Virus record (IMG/VR): IMGVR_UViG_3300020156_000022
Coordinates: 40,983-104,982 of that record
Origin: a virus
Length of the DNA stretch: 64,000 bases
Reading direction: 5' to 3' (one strand)
This document shows, one piece after another, positions 34,716-44,800 of the stretch. Position 1 is the stretch's first letter; every line of letters begins with the position of its first letter. The notes beneath the pieces were generated by a model. The model saw only the letters and a program-made list of their open reading frames with translations. It was not told the origin of the DNA and did no database searches. Both the position numbers and the translations under genes were made by a program.

Positions 34716-35612
34716 CTAGGGATGGATCAGGTTCTCAGCTTCAAGATGTTTGTTAGTGATCAATGCATCTACTCCTACGTCAGCCATCTTCTGCCAGCAA
34801 GATGCAACATCAGTTGTTGGAGAATCTGTAGTCCAAGTAAATATCTTTAATCCACTAGCCTTATACATACCTACGACTGCTTTATCTAATCTGTCATATC
34901 GAACAACATAACCTTCAGCACCAATTTGTTTGATTGTCGTAGGCAAGCGTGTCATTCCTGCGGGAGGATATTCAATAACGAAAGTTGTCACATCTGGATA
35001 GAAGTCTTCCATTGCTGTAACACTAGCTACACTACCCATGTAGACTGTCTTATTCAGGTAATTGAAACGAATAATATAATCATAAAGCTTTTGAGCCTGG
35101 GCCTGAGTAGGGATAGCTTGCATATCTAGCAGCAAGCCAACATTGGCATCACGAGCAGCATCAAAGAACTCGTAGCCATAAGGCAAGTGCAACTTATCTG
35201 TGGACGCATCTACCTTACCGTGGTATTCTGGATATTGCCAGCTACCATCAGACTTCTTTCTGTTCCAAGGATCGTAATTAGCAGCATTCAAATTTTGTGT
35301 TTGGGACAGCCACAAGTTACTTACCAGGCCAGTACCGTCAGTAGTTACACCTACATCAGACCCATGCAAAGCTACTGGGAAGTTGGATTTGTTGAAATTA
35401 ACATCAATCTCTACCCAGGTCAGATTAGAGTTTTTCTTTTTAGCTGAAACTATACCTTGAACTGAGTTTTCTGGTGCTTCTAGTGGACCTGTTTTATGGG
35501 CGATTATTACAGGAGTGTCAGATGATAGATTTGGTGCCGCAGTAGCCGGGGATGCACCAGCTACTACAACCAATAAGGTACTTACGATTGCTAATACTTT
35601 TTTCAATTTCAA
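34716..35612 (-). CDS. Glycerophosphodiester phosphodiesterase with signal peptide
   Basis: IIAHK..APENS, VEIDV, H..V..TTDGTG, WT, GVDALITN; N-terminal Sec signal. Confidence 0.88.
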   Translation of the reverse strand: MKLKKVLAIVSTLLVVVAGASPATAAPNLSSDTPVIIAHKTGPLEAPENSVQGIVSAKKKNSNLTWVEIDVNFNKSNFPVALHGSDVGVTTDGTGLVSNLWLSQTQNLNAANYDPWNRKKSDGSWQYPEYHGKVDASTDKLHLPYGYEFFDAARDANVGLLLDMQAIPTQAQAQKLYDYIIRFNYLNKTVYMGSVASVTAMEDFYPDVTTFVIEYPPAGMTRLPTTIKQIGAEGYVVRYDRLDKAVVGMYKASGLKIFTWTTDSPTTDVASCWQKMADVGVDALITNKHLEAENLIHP

Positions 35613-35615
35613 TCC

Positions 35616-38600
35616 TTACTTAACGTAGACAATAGTCAAGACAGGTTCATTTGACTGCCCATTACCATTAAATTTTCCATATTGAGTTTTTGTTCCATCT
35701 GTAGGTCCAAGTGCGATACCTTTTGCTGCACCTGATTGGAAATCTTGACCTACTGCAACACCTAGGCTGACTTTTCTCTTTCCAGGCTTTGGCCAATTTG
35801 ATGAGGTTACTCTTTGCTCATCTACACGAGAACTGCTCCAAGTAGAAGGTCTTCCTGTATAATTGTGCGTACCAATTCTTGCCGTACCACCATCATTCCA
35901 ATACCAGTGATTAGCATACATAGTAATATAACAAGCTTTAATAGTAGCATCCTTGGTGTCTGCTAAGATTTTTGCATAATCAAAACCACACAAGGCTCTA
36001 GCATCATTAAGCCAGTTATCCGCACCTGAGTTTCCTTGCACCATCGTTGATCCATGAGAAGATGAATAATCTCCATTGGATCGATAGGTACCAGACCAGG
36101 TTGCAGCATAATTCTTGGTATATTCAATTTTAGGTTTAGGTGCTACTGCGCGAGGAGTATCGATAGTCGGAGCTGGTGTTCCTGCTGGGCTTACACCAGC
36201 ATCATTAATGATTACCGTGTCTGTTTTAGGAAGACCTACATCCTCTACCCAAATTAATGTTGTGCTTTCTACTCCTGTGTTACCTTGCGCGTTTACTGTA
36301 GGAGTACCAGCACCTCCTTGAATTGACCACAAAATTCTGTGGAGCCCAGGAGTAAAGGTTCCAGCATAAGTAATGTGAGCAGCAGCATTACCGCCAGCCG
36401 CAGCAGCGCCTACGGAAATAGACTGCTGAATCCATGGCATATCTAAAGTAGGGGAAATTTCCCCAGCATCACGAAGCCTCATTACAAGACGATCGTTAGC
36501 TGCGGTAGATTCCCATTCTGTTACAGCACAGATCATATATGTACGGGATTCTTCCGCGATAAAACTGATTTCTAAGAATCCTCTTTCATTACCTGCGGCT
36601 GCTCCAACAATAGAAGCACCAGGATAGTATCCAATCGAGATAACACCCTTACCCATTGGATCAATAATATCAGACTTTAGTGAATCACCGCCAATATTAA
36701 TATCATTTGTGATAGAAATATCTTGGAATGACCCTCGACCGGTACCATCAATTCCCGCAAGAGTAATGGTAGGATCTTCTAGATCTTTAATCAATAGGAA
36801 GTTACCATTTACACCGGGATTACCTAACAAGCTAACAGTAGGATCTTCGTCTTCAGAATAAATTCTGAATCCTTCAAAGTTCATTTCAGCACGAGCACCG
36901 CTTTCGCCGGTCTTAATTACCCCACCAAGAATGATAGAGGCGCTAATAGTTCCGGCTGTAATCTTTGAAGCTGTTAGGTCACTGATATGTGCATCGTCAA
37001 TAAGATTTACTGTAGCAGTAACAGCATTAGATGGTGCAGATCTGTTTCCAGCAGTATCTATTGCGATTACTCGAACATAAATGTTTTCAGTAGAGTCTAC
37101 ATTGAATGTCTGAATAACCGGAGTACCTGAACGAAGCATTCCTGCGTCTGCTAAAATTTTTCCTACTCTGGTAGTTTCGTTGGGATAGAAATTAGCATCA
37201 CCTACGTGCACCTCTAAATATGCCATATCTGGAGGCAAATTGAAGGTTCCTCCTTCTGCCTTGCCTAAGAAATGCTGAACCTGAATGGCTACCATGCTAG
37301 AAGCAATTACAGGTGGCGCAGGCTTAGGCGGAGCAATAGTATCAGTTTGCGCAGTAAAGCTGAAACTGTCTGACCACTCAGAGAAATGCTGAGGTGTAGA
37401 TGAGTCTACCGCACGAATTTGTAAATCATAAGTTACTCCTGGGGTAAGCTCCTGAATTACAGTGTTTAATTGCCCCCAAGCTACATAAACTGTTTGCCAC
37501 CCGGCATTAGTAATTGGTGGTAATACAGGCTGAGCCCAAGTAAGTAGATCTGACCATGCAGCCTCTCCTTCAACAGTTTCCCAAGATGACTGCAAATCAG
37601 CAGTAACAGAAGGCTTGTACCTTAATTCATAATGATGACCATCAGTGATGTATGAACCATCTGTATTGTAAGGCAATTCCCAAGAAATATCTGCTTGAGC
37701 GCGAACAGAAACTCCATCGGAAGGGTAATATACATTACTGTACACACTAGTAAGATTAGGAGTTTCAGGAATGGTTTTATCTCCCGGAGCCTGAGGAATC
37801 CAGTATCCGCGAGAAAAAGTTAGAACATCGCCTTCTACAGCACTACTTACTACAACATCTCTTAATCCTGCTAGAGTTACTTGCTCAATTAAAGTAATAG
37901 CACTGATAGCAGAACCTAGGGTAGTTCCTCCTGAAGCACTCGAAGCTGATAAATTAGCTACTTGCTGCTTTAATCTTTCAATCAGCAATTCACGTCGAGA
38001 TTGTAAGGTTAATTCAACAGTTTGGGTGGCATCAGATGCTACATTGACAGCAATACCTACTACGCGCCATTGGCCAATAGAAACATTATGATTTGAATCG
38101 ATATTCTCAATAGAGATCCAATCACCTACATCGTAATCTTTAAATACTCTACGACCTTCCTGATTGGCTGCAACAGATACTCTCCAAGATACCTTCTCGT
38201 CCTTTAAATCTTCTAAAGATGAGTTAAGAACTTGGGTAAGGTCATCTAAGTCTGTGGCGTTTCCAGCAGAAATGAAAGCCTCTCTCTTCTGGTATTTAGC
38301 CATAGACTCTTTGTCTTCAGTATACACATATGAGCCAGATTGGTTTTTACCAACAATAGCATTAGCAATAGTGTCTCGACTTCTGTTTCTTTCCTTACTA
38401 ATCTGTGAACCGGTTTCATGGAAAACTACATCTTGCTTACTGAAAAATGCCGGAGGAATAGCTTCATCTGTTTTAGATCTTTGATACACATTTAAATTAA
38501 AGTCTGTATCCATAATCCAATCAGCTTGCTGTACTTGAGCAAGAGATGCTAATACCGCATCTAATCTTGTTCCTTCAGCTACATCTACTCCTAGCTTGCC

Positions 38601-40169
38601 TGTCCAAGGAAGCCCTCGGGAATCTTCGGCATCTGTAAAAGTAGTTTTTACATAAGGAATAACACCTCGTGCCTGAGACTCTGAAAGATATTTCTTGAAC
38701 AACTGCATGGCTGTTTCAGTTGAAGGAATAGTAGACTTATTCAGATTATAAAAATAAGCTGGTAATGGTGCCGCAATTCCTACGTTTCCAATAAGCTCTA
38801 GTCCTAATTGCAATACAACATGAGTTGATGGCCATACATAAGCAGTTCTGAATCGTTCAGTCCATACAGTATTATCCGCAGATGTATCAAAAACTACCTC
38901 TCCAGAGTCTTCTCTGATTCTCCAATATTTCTGAGAAGTAACATCATATGCCCATTCTTCATTGGCAACTGAGCTACCGTTAGAAACTTCAGCCACAATA
39001 CGTAAATTGCCATTAATGCGTTGTGTGTACATTCTAGCATAATTACTAGAGCTATTAGTAAATTGCCCCGGGTCATGAATTAGCTTTACAATAGTAGAAA
39101 CTTGCCCGGTACCAGAAGCTAATGACGGACCAGGCTCTACAGCAACAGATAATCCAGAACTTTCAAAATCATAAGTTCTGGAAGTTATGTATTTGGTGGG
39201 CTGACCAGAAGATACTACTAATTTAGCATGTCCAGCAGTTTCATCTGAAGTAACAGCTCCGAAGAAAGTCATACGTTGAGTAGCTTGAGTTAGATTTTTT
39301 TGATTTACATCTAAGGCAGTATTGACTTTATCCAACTCGGCCTTTGCTTCATTAAGCTGCTTTAGAGCTTCTTTCTTTTCTGCTGCGGTGGCTGCTGGAT
39401 TCTTTTGCTTCATTACTTGATCATAACTCTGTTTTTCAGAGTTATAACTATTAGTTGCAGATGTTTTCTGCTCAGTTAATCCTGTACGTTCCTGCTGATA
39501 CTTATCTCTATCTGCCTCAGCTTCACGCCTTCCGCCTTCCGCTTGCACAGTAATATTAGGATCAAGTGAGGTTCTAGTCCATACAAGTTGGTCTAATTCT
39601 GATCCAAATGCGTCAACAGCAGTTTCTAACTTAGTGACAATTCTGTCAGGAAACCCTGATGGGAATACAGTAGCCCATTCAAGTACCTTACCGATACCGG
39701 CACCTGAGATGGTCGCAGACAATGTTTCTGTGTCGTTGATTTGAGAATCTGTGCTAGCGGTACCTAGGAATTGAAATACTACATCGCCATCAAAACGAAT
39801 TTCCCACAAGTTTTCATAGTCAAACAAAGTCTCAATAGGTGAGCCATCATTTAATGACTGCTGAAATAGAGGATGATTTAAGTTTAGACCGAAAGATGCC
39901 ATACCGTAAGCATTTAATTCCTTGGTAAAGGTAAGACTGGTCATATCTGTAGTTCGTAGCAACTCAGTCTGGAAGTCACTATGGGATCTACAAATAAGCT
40001 CCCATCCAACACTTCCGTAAGCTACTTCTGAATCTACAGAACGAGCACTAAGGGTAAATGGTAATCTCTTAGGTAATACTCCTGTAAACCCACGGGCCCC
40101 CGTCTCGGCAGGACGAACTAGTCCTCCGAGCTTGAAAGGAATTCTATGCGGTAGTGATGCTAGACTCAC
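35616..40169 (-). CDS. Large tail tip/host-specificity protein
   Basis: Tail-tip N-terminus, FN3-like repeats (LTPGVTYDLQIRAVD, YVRVIAIDTAGNRS), LTASKITAGTI. Confidence 0.85.
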   Translation of the reverse strand: MSLASLPHRIPFKLGGLVRPAETGARGFTGVLPKRLPFTLSARSVDSEVAYGSVGWELICRSHSDFQTELLRTTDMTSLTFTKELNAYGMASFGLNLNHPLFQQSLNDGSPIETLFDYENLWEIRFDGDVVFQFLGTASTDSQINDTETLSATISGAGIGKVLEWATVFPSGFPDRIVTKLETAVDAFGSELDQLVWTRTSLDPNITVQAEGGRREAEADRDKYQQERTGLTEQKTSATNSYNSEKQSYDQVMKQKNPAATAAEKKEALKQLNEAKAELDKVNTALDVNQKNLTQATQRMTFFGAVTSDETAGHAKLVVSSGQPTKYITSRTYDFESSGLSVAVEPGPSLASGTGQVSTIVKLIHDPGQFTNSSSNYARMYTQRINGNLRIVAEVSNGSSVANEEWAYDVTSQKYWRIREDSGEVVFDTSADNTVWTERFRTAYVWPSTHVVLQLGLELIGNVGIAAPLPAYFYNLNKSTIPSTETAMQLFKKYLSESQARGVIPYVKTTFTDAEDSRGLPWTGKLGVDVAEGTRLDAVLASLAQVQQADWIMDTDFNLNVYQRSKTDEAIPPAFFSKQDVVFHETGSQISKERNRSRDTIANAIVGKNQSGSYVYTEDKESMAKYQKREAFISAGNATDLDDLTQVLNSSLEDLKDEKVSWRVSVAANQEGRRVFKDYDVGDWISIENIDSNHNVSIGQWRVVGIAVNVASDATQTVELTLQSRRELLIERLKQQVANLSASSASGGTTLGSAISAITLIEQVTLAGLRDVVVSSAVEGDVLTFSRGYWIPQAPGDKTIPETPNLTSVYSNVYYPSDGVSVRAQADISWELPYNTDGSYITDGHHYELRYKPSVTADLQSSWETVEGEAAWSDLLTWAQPVLPPITNAGWQTVYVAWGQLNTVIQELTPGVTYDLQIRAVDSSTPQHFSEWSDSFSFTAQTDTIAPPKPAPPVIASSMVAIQVQHFLGKAEGGTFNLPPDMAYLEVHVGDANFYPNETTRVGKILADAGMLRSGTPVIQTFNVDSTENIYVRVIAIDTAGNRSAPSNAVTATVNLIDDAHISDLTASKITAGTISASIILGGVIKTGESGARAEMNFEGFRIYSEDEDPTVSLLGNPGVNGNFLLIKDLEDPTITLAGIDGTGRGSFQDISITNDINIGGDSLKSDIIDPMGKGVISIGYYPGASIVGAAAGNERGFLEISFIAEESRTYMICAVTEWESTAANDRLVMRLRDAGEISPTLDMPWIQQSISVGAAAAGGNAAAHITYAGTFTPGLHRILWSIQGGAGTPTVNAQGNTGVESTTLIWVEDVGLPKTDTVIINDAGVSPAGTPAPTIDTPRAVAPKPKIEYTKNYAATWSGTYRSNGDYSSSHGSTMVQGNSGADNWLNDARALCGFDYAKILADTKDATIKACYITMYANHWYWNDGGTARIGTHNYTGRPSTWSSSRVDEQRVTSSNWPKPGKRKVSLGVAVGQDFQSGAAKGIALGPTDGTKTQYGKFNGNGQSNEPVLTIVYVK

Positions 40170-40186
40170 GGCCTTACACTCCTAAA

Positions 40187-41011
40187 TTATCCGTTAATTA
40201 GTTTCTTTACTGTCATATAAGATGCTCCACGCATTACTGTCTGATCTGCATGAGATGTACTCTGTGCGTGCTGCAACACTACTTCACCAGCATTGGAACC
40301 TATAGGCAAAATAAATCTTTCCTGGATGGCTGTCCAATACATCGCGCTGGCCAGACCGTAGGCTACTTCAGTAGTCATCTGGCTTGCGTTAGTTCGCATT
40401 AAAGTATTACCGTTATCTGTTGAGTTTACGGCGGGTCCAGTACATGCTCGTAATCCCACTGTTCCAGAAGGGACTTTCCAAGCAAGTTTGATATTACCAT
40501 TCTGCCCGGAGCAAATAGCAAATAACTCTACGCGATACTTGGTATTTGCAGAAGCACTAAACCTTAGAACAGTATCGTCATTCAATGTGGTGTCGTTGGA
40601 ATAGCCCTGGTCGGTGTTCTTATAGATAGTGAACTCTGGCTCAAAAGCAGAATCAGGCAGCCCGTGCACACCTGGAGAAACATTAGCTATGTGGTCTTGA
40701 GCCTCTTGAAAATCTCTTGCGGAAACTCCATGAACTACAGGTGCTCCCTGAGCGTGAGATTTAGCTGTGGTTCCGTCTTGTCCACGAGTAATGAGGAATG
40801 TCCCCGGTGATCCGCCCTTAGGACCAGTTACAGTAACCAGCTCTTCATTAGAAGTATCTGGATCTAATCTTAAAGTATAGGGGTATTGTGATGGAAATCC
40901 TGTACTGGTGCTTAGAGCTACTTCTGTAGCTCCGGTAGAAATTCCACCTACTGTTGCAATAGTGGACAGTGCTGCTGTATTACTGTAATAGCGCATTATA
41001 TGTTCTCCCAA
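40187..41011 (-). CDS. Minor tail protein
   Basis: EELVTVT..ITRGQDGTTAKSHAQGA.V.H motif; position in tail module. Confidence 0.75.
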   Translation of the reverse strand: MGEHIMRYYSNTAALSTIATVGGISTGATEVALSTSTGFPSQYPYTLRLDPDTSNEELVTVTGPKGGSPGTFLITRGQDGTTAKSHAQGAPVVHGVSARDFQEAQDHIANVSPGVHGLPDSAFEPEFTIYKNTDQGYSNDTTLNDDTVLRFSASANTKYRVELFAICSGQNGNIKLAWKVPSGTVGLRACTGPAVNSTDNGNTLMRTNASQMTTEVAYGLASAMYWTAIQERFILPIGSNAGEVVLQHAQSTSHADQTVMRGASYMTVKKLING

Positions 41012-41016
41012 AATCC

Positions 41017-41862
41017 TTATAGATACGCTGGCTTAAATTTCAACACAGCATTTCCTGTGTTGTTACCTGTAGATGTTAATTTAATAGAATTGTTTCCTGG
41101 CAACAGCTTCATCCAAGCTCTAAACCCTGAATGAGTAACAGAGCCAGTTAAGTTACTGTTGTCAAATGAGTTTATCACAGAAAACTGTCCAACATCAACA
41201 TTTACAGGATTTCCAATAATGGCAGTATTGACTCTCATCCATGTATTGGGTGTTGCTGTCAAGTTAGTTATCAACGGGGATACAAGCTCTCCGTTGAGTT
41301 GGATTTTAATTGATGTCCAGATCGGAATATCGCCTGGGTTACTAACTACTGTGGTTCCGCCTGGAGATAAATTGTACGTTAATTCTGGACCGTAAAAATA
41401 GGGGTCTGAGAGTAGGAGGTCCACAGCGAAATCAGCTCGGGTTCGTCCTGTCATCGTAGGGTCCATAGTCCCCGCTAATTCACACAGAGCGGTTGCTTCA
41501 CGAAGTACTGGCGAAGCAGCATTCTCCCACCAGCGACGAGTCAATACCAATTGTTCCTCAGGTGACCAAAGCAATTGCTGTAAAGTTCGCCAGTTATCGT
41601 TGAACTGTACGTCTTGTGTGCCTCCAGCCCTTGGCTGATCTGTACTTGGGTTAACTCCTGCGACCCACATTGCCAGAGTAATTACTCTGGAATCAGCATT
41701 CTTTGTTCTGAACGATCTACCGTCTCGGAAAGGGAAGAGAGTGTTATCTCCACGAAGTTTAGGTACAGCTAATCGTGAACCACCTATAGTTTTGATCGCC
41801 CAGCAATACTGATTCAGCGAGACGCCGTTTATGCTCCAATATTCTTCTGATGAGTTAGACAT
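41017..41862 (-). CDS. Distal tail (Dit)-like protein
   Basis: Follows tape measure; DPYFY, NPGD, LLPGNNSI motifs. Confidence 0.8.
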   Translation of the reverse strand: MSNSSEEYWSINGVSLNQYCWAIKTIGGSRLAVPKLRGDNTLFPFRDGRSFRTKNADSRVITLAMWVAGVNPSTDQPRAGGTQDVQFNDNWRTLQQLLWSPEEQLVLTRRWWENAASPVLREATALCELAGTMDPTMTGRTRADFAVDLLLSDPYFYGPELTYNLSPGGTTVVSNPGDIPIWTSIKIQLNGELVSPLITNLTATPNTWMRVNTAIIGNPVNVDVGQFSVINSFDNSNLTGSVTHSGFRAWMKLLPGNNSIKLTSTGNNTGNAVLKFKPAYL

Positions 41863-41880
41863 TCTCTTCCCCTCCCTTCT

Positions 41881-44800
41881 TTAGTATAACAATTGAGTTC
41901 TGTAAAGTGCATCACGGATTGAATCTCCTGCACGCTCTGGCATAGGGTTATTAATAATAACGTCACCAAAGGTTCTTGTGTTATCTGTTGAGTTATTAAC
42001 TACTGAGCTAGCAGCCGGTGATAGGGTTCTTGGAGTAGTAGGCAATGAAGTTTGTTGTTTAGGCATAATATTTTGCATATTCAGCATTTCCATCAAATCA
42101 ACTAAACCTCCCTGGTTAAATGCCCAGTGATCGTGCGGATTTCCACCTGCGAAATTGTGCTGATTCCAAACTGCTCCAGTATACCTATGTGGCTTACCAT
42201 TCCAAATATTCAAATCGTTATAAGGAGTAATAAGTTCCTTAGTCCTTGCACCAAAGTTAGATCTAATCCACTGAGCTACATCCCTACGAGGAGGAAGGTC
42301 AACCGCTCTACCTAATGCGTGGTAAGACCTGTTTCCTGATAGTGTTCTAGCTCCAGGCCTTGGTCCAGAGATTAATGGCAATCCGGGGAATCTTTGGCGA
42401 AGTACCTGCATTTGCCATTTGTAGCCTCCAGGACCACCAGCACCGCCTAAGCCAACTTCAGCCCAAGCCTTTTTAATCATGGTGTCAGAAACATCGACTG
42501 GGAACGGCCAACCTACTCCACCACCTTTAGCAAACTTATGGCCACCGCTTGCACAGATAGGACATTCTTTGCTGTGTACAGTGCCTCCTGAAGCAAACTT
42601 ATCATTAGACACATCTGGCAAAGCTTCTGCAACTACAGTTCTGTCAAGTTTCTTTTGGCGCAAAGCCTCCATTACCGGAAGCCCATAGTATTCTACGGCA
42701 TCTGTCGGATGAACAAATTCGCCGTTAGACAACCAGGCTCTAATGGAATCAGAAGTTCTAGTTCCAGCACCCCACACAGGGCCACCACTTCTGAATCCAG
42801 GAGCACCATAACCATCTCCCCAACCTTTCATGGAAGCACGAGCTTTAGATTCTTCTACTTCTCGTTCAGCTTCCTTCAGACTCTTACCACTTTGCAGAGA
42901 AGCCTGAAGGGCTTTCAGGTCTTGCATTTCTTGGTATACTTTTACGTAACCTTTTGTAGATAGCTCAGTTTGTACATCTTCAGGAACTTCACCATACATT
43001 TTGATAAGGTCGCGAGTTTCCTTCTTGGTACCTAGTGCCTTATCTGCTTCTTTTTGAAGTTCCTTAATGCGGTCTCTGTGACGCTGAGTAGCTTCCTTCA
43101 TAGGTACGCCAGAGGCAATATCCTCAAGATACAAATCTCGGGCAGCTTTTGCGGCAGCCTGCAATGCATCCCTGTTTCTTAGACCTTCACGACTATGAAC
43201 GCTTAAACTCTTACCGTTGGCTTCTACTGACTCCTTCAGAGTAAGAATTTGGCTATTCCAGTTTTCAGTAGCTTCATTGGCTGTCATCATTTCGCCATAT
43301 TCGGCCTTAATGATGTCAGACAAAGCACTGCTTCTATCCCTAGCAGTAGAAGTCGCGCTGGACATGGTATCCAAAGCAGAAGACAAGGTTTGAATTCTAG
43401 CTTCTAAATCACCTGCGGCAACTACACTATCAACCTGGGCTTGAGTCATTCCTGCTAGACGATCCTGATAGGTTCGTGCGGAATCAGCACTAGTCTTAGT
43501 TAACTCATTGTTTCTGCTCTGAGCTTCAGCCACCTGGTTAATTGAATCTTTGAATTCAATCGCTTCGTCTTTTAATTGCTTATAAGGAATTGCAGCAGTA
43601 GGTCCACCAGCTTCTAATGCTGCGATACGCAAACGCTCATAAGTAGCAATCTGTGCATCAAGCTGAGTATTAACTCTAGTTAGATTTTGGTCGTTGTCAT
43701 TTAGAGCGCCAGATACGTCTGTCAAACTAACGCCAAACCTCTCAGCCCTTTCTGCAAGTTCCTTGAACTTCTTATCAGTTTCAGCTAACTGGTTTACTTG
43801 ATCTGTATTTCCCTGAGAAAGATCAGAATAAGCAGATTTCAAAGCTTGGAATGCGTTTTTAGTATCTTCAGCTTCTCGCCTTTGCCCCATTAAACTGTCA
43901 ACTAGGAATGTCACTCCTACTGCGGCAGCACTTAACGCAATTCCCCAAGGCCCACCTAGGAAACCTACGAGTCCTCCTAATGCGCCTTGTACTCGTGATC
44001 CAGCAGTGCTAAGCCCTCCTACAGTTCTACTAAATACAGATACTTTGCCATTAGCATTTTCTGCTGCGCGACCAGTATTTTCAATACTTCGAGCAGTATT
44101 ACCTCCACCGACAATCTCAGAGCCAATACCTGCAATAGGTGAAGGAGTATTCCTAGCTATTGGTGCGGATTGCCCAGAAGATTGTAACCCAGCAGCATTT
44201 CTAGCAGCATCAGCAAAAGCTCCAGATAGGTTTCCTCTGTTTCGTACCATCCAAGTAAAGAAGTCCCATAACTTGAACAGCCCTGTAAACCTTGCCACAA
44301 TAGATACAGCAGCCAAAGCAGCAAGACCGGCTGCCAATCCGCCTAAGACATTACTTACTCCTGGAAGAGACGCAATGTTGAACAGTAGCTCGGCAAAATT
44401 AGCCAAAACAGTAACGAATACTGTTAATGCGGATGCAGCACCACTTTCTAAGAAAGTAGAAATAGCTTCAAGCATGTCGCCCAAAGCTTCAGCTACAGTA
44501 ACCGCAATACCTGAGTCATTAAGGTGCTGCAAGATTTCTAGAATAGGCGGCAGAACACGAGTCCTTAATGTGTCTAGCAGGTCAATCATAGTCTGAATAT
44601 TGCTTTGATTAGACGCTAAGTTTCCAATTCCTCGGGCAAGATCTCTAATCAAATCTCCTAGCGCTGACAATACAGGTCTAATATTGGTCATCCATTCACG
44701 CAGAGGAGAATTAGCTTGCTCTTGAGCATCAGCAACATCAGCCCAGTGGCCTGTAATATCTTCTAGGGTACGTAAATATGATTGACCTTCGTCTACTGTA

